Below, piece by piece: positions 61,786 to 64,000 of a stretch of 64,000 nt of DNA. Below the pieces are notes generated by a model. That model saw only the letters and a program-made list of their open reading frames with translations, was not told the origin of the DNA and ran no database searches. Where the stretch lies: assembly GCF_009914755.1 (NCBI RefSeq), contig NC_060935.1. One strand, written 5' to 3'. Within the stretch, counting starts at the first letter, position 1. Each line of letters starts with the position of its first letter. A program made the position numbers and the translations under genes. The stretch comes from the human T2T-CHM13v2.0 reference genome, Homo sapiens.

Positions 61786-62265
61786 TGGCTGGCTGCATAG
61801 TATTCCATGGTGTATATGTGCCACATTTTCTTAATCCAGCCTATCATTGTTGGACATTTGGGTTGGTTCCAAGTCTTTGCTATTGTGAATAATAAAAAAC
61901 GATGAGTTCATGTCCTTTGCAGGGACATGGATGAAGCTGGAAACCATCATTCTCAGCAAACTATCGCAAGGACAAAAAACCAAACACCGCATGTTCTCAC
62001 TCATAGGTGGGAATTGAACAATGAGAACACATGGACAGAGGAAGGGGAACATCACATACCGGGGCCTGTTGTGGGGTGGGGGGATGGGGGAGGGATGGCA
62101 TTAGGAGATATACCTAATGTTAAATGACGAGTTAATGGGTGCAGCACACCAACATGGCACATGTATACATATGTAACAAACCTGCATGTTATGCACATGT
62201 ACCCTAAAACTTAAAGTATAATAATTAAAAAAAAAAGGTACTGGGAGTAAAATTAAAAAAAAAAA
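61786..62265 (+). mobile_element. Truncated L1PA (about PA4/5) with 5' inversion and 18-nt 3' transduction
   Basis: Inverted segment ~61786-61892, forward segment ~61892-62226, A10, unique 18-mer, A12. TSD AGAAACTCTATGTTA / AGGAACTCTATGTTA. Confidence 0.92.
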
Positions 62266-64000
62266 AGGAACTCTATGTTAGAAGGCCAGCTTTTAGTCTT
62301 AATCTTGTCATTTATTACTAGTGGGGCCTTGGGAAGTTACTGAACCTCAGTTTGTTCATCTACAAATTGTGAGGTTCACATCACAAAGTGGTTGTGAGAC
62401 TCAAAATGAGATTTGACTGAAGTGTTCTGAAAATATAAGATAGGTGTTGCTGTTATTACTTTGGTGACTCCTGTCAGGACAAAGACATATGCAGTTCTTA
62501 GTGGTACTAATGGTGACAGTGGCACCCTCTTTCTATTTGTTCATTATAAACGTGTGCAGCTTTAACAACAACTGGTAAGATCACTGAGCTGTAAACAGGA
62601 CTCTGCACATCCAAGCAACAGAGACTGCTTTCCTGCTGAGTTATCCATTTCCACACTACAGGAGAATTAGTTTGAAGAGACCACCTGCTGTACACACGCG
62701 ATGCTTTAAATAGACACATCTGAACTAGAAGCTCTTGGTGTCTTATAATAAAGGAAATTTGTGCTTTAGGACAACTTCCAATATGGCTGGGGTAAATGTC
62801 AATGGTGTGTAGTCTGTTGGGGGTCACAATATTGTTTACCTGGATGTGACCCTCATTGTCACTGAGGCTTAGGAAGGGTACATGGTAAGGATGAAGCAGA
62901 AATGGTTTACATCTATTCTTAGCAGAGCATGTAATCACTGCTCCAGGGATGAGATGCTGTGAGCAATTATAAATGTTTCCATTTCTTTGGCGGAAACATC
63001 CTTCTTTCATTTATTCAGTAAATATTTCTTCAGGGTTTATTACATGCCTTGCACAATCCTAATTGCTGGGGATACCGAATCCACTGAAAAGATTTTTTTC
63101 CTCAAGAGGCTCACAGGATAGTGCATAGTTACTTGTAATTTTCTAGTTTCATCTTGTGAATACAAAAAGAGCATTTGGTATTTAAATATCTGCTCCATTT
63201 GAAGAGTATCATGTTCTTTTTAGATGGTAACAGGATATCAAGAAACCCTTCTATCATGGAAAGACGCTAATACAGTCAGTTCCATGTTAAAATGGACAAA
63301 TTGGGGCAGGTTAAATCTTTGTGAACTATCTGGTTACTTATAGAGTGAGAAGAGCAACTTGGGGTTCAAAGCAGTACCTTGGAATCAGAGTTTCTGGATT
63401 TGAGTCCTGGCTCTGAGAGATGTTAAGAAAATACCATACCCACTCAGAGATGCTGTTTTCTCATTTGTAAAATATAGAAATCATCCCTACCCCCATACAT
63501 TGTTGTTCTGAATATCCAAGAGAGTGTAATTTATTTCCATCCTTTTAAGCAGTATCGATTTTAAAAAGCACCATCAATGAATAAAAGCATCTTTTTCTTG
63601 GAGAGGGTGGACACAAGACTCTTCTGATTTCACAAGCTGAAATGTATTTTGTAGAGAGGGGAAGATGTAAGTCTTATAATCAATGAAATATGATAATTCA
63701 GAATGTTTAAAACTAGAAAATCCCAAACAAATATACTACTGCTCTCTTTCCACCGGACTCTTAACCAAATAGTCACACATAAGAGGATTAGCCATAGAAC
63801 ACTATTTACACCTCAATTTCAAGAAGCAATGCTTTGTCAACATTCTTTCATATGATGATACAAAAATAATTTTAATTATTTGGAGCTCAGAAAATATTAG
63901 ACGGTTGCCATTTCATCACCTCTTCTTTTTCTAGTTTTCCTGGGATTTCAGAGCCAGATATGCACAGAAGGGGCCCAGTCACATTACTTTAGGCTTTAGA

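Larger units (their letters stand above)
55798..64000 (-). other. DLG2: DLG2 intron upstream of the linker exon
   Basis: Ends in a pyrimidine tract plus CAG. No PDZ3-coding exon was seen in this part. Confidence 0.85.

Noticed and set aside
62507-63010. 167-aa minus-strand ORF
   Set aside because: No recognisable domain or DLG similarity, and this length is attainable by chance. It would need conservation or Ribo-seq evidence.

Overview
Human (hominid) genomic DNA, almost entirely intronic. The only host coding sequence I can support is one 115-bp minus-strand exon (55683-55797, [39 protein letters not shown]). It encodes the PDZ3-to-SH3 linker of the MAGUK scaffold DLG2 (PSD-93/chapsyn-110), so the rest of the window is two large DLG2 introns. 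These hold a near-full-length but inactivated L1PA2/3-type LINE-1 (10118-16150, antisense to DLG2, 17-bp TSD), two truncated L1PA copies (one with a twin-priming inversion and a short 3' transduction), about 11 Alus including a young AluYa5, ERV1/MaLR solo LTRs, nested Tigger-family DNA transposons, old L1M/L2/MIR debris and microsatellites. Nearly all short ORFs in the track are repeat-derived or chance. I see no new protein-coding system. The best leads are regulatory hypotheses: (1) a YY1-site-less L1 whose antisense promoter and antisense polyA signal could split DLG2 between PDZ1-3 and SH3-GK; (2) an in-frame stop in the splice donor followed by three AATAAA signals (candidate PDZ-only isoform); (3) a traceable L1 3' transduction; (4) an AT-rich palindrome at the window start. 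Repeat subfamily names come from recalled consensus sequences, and boundaries of old repeats are approximate.
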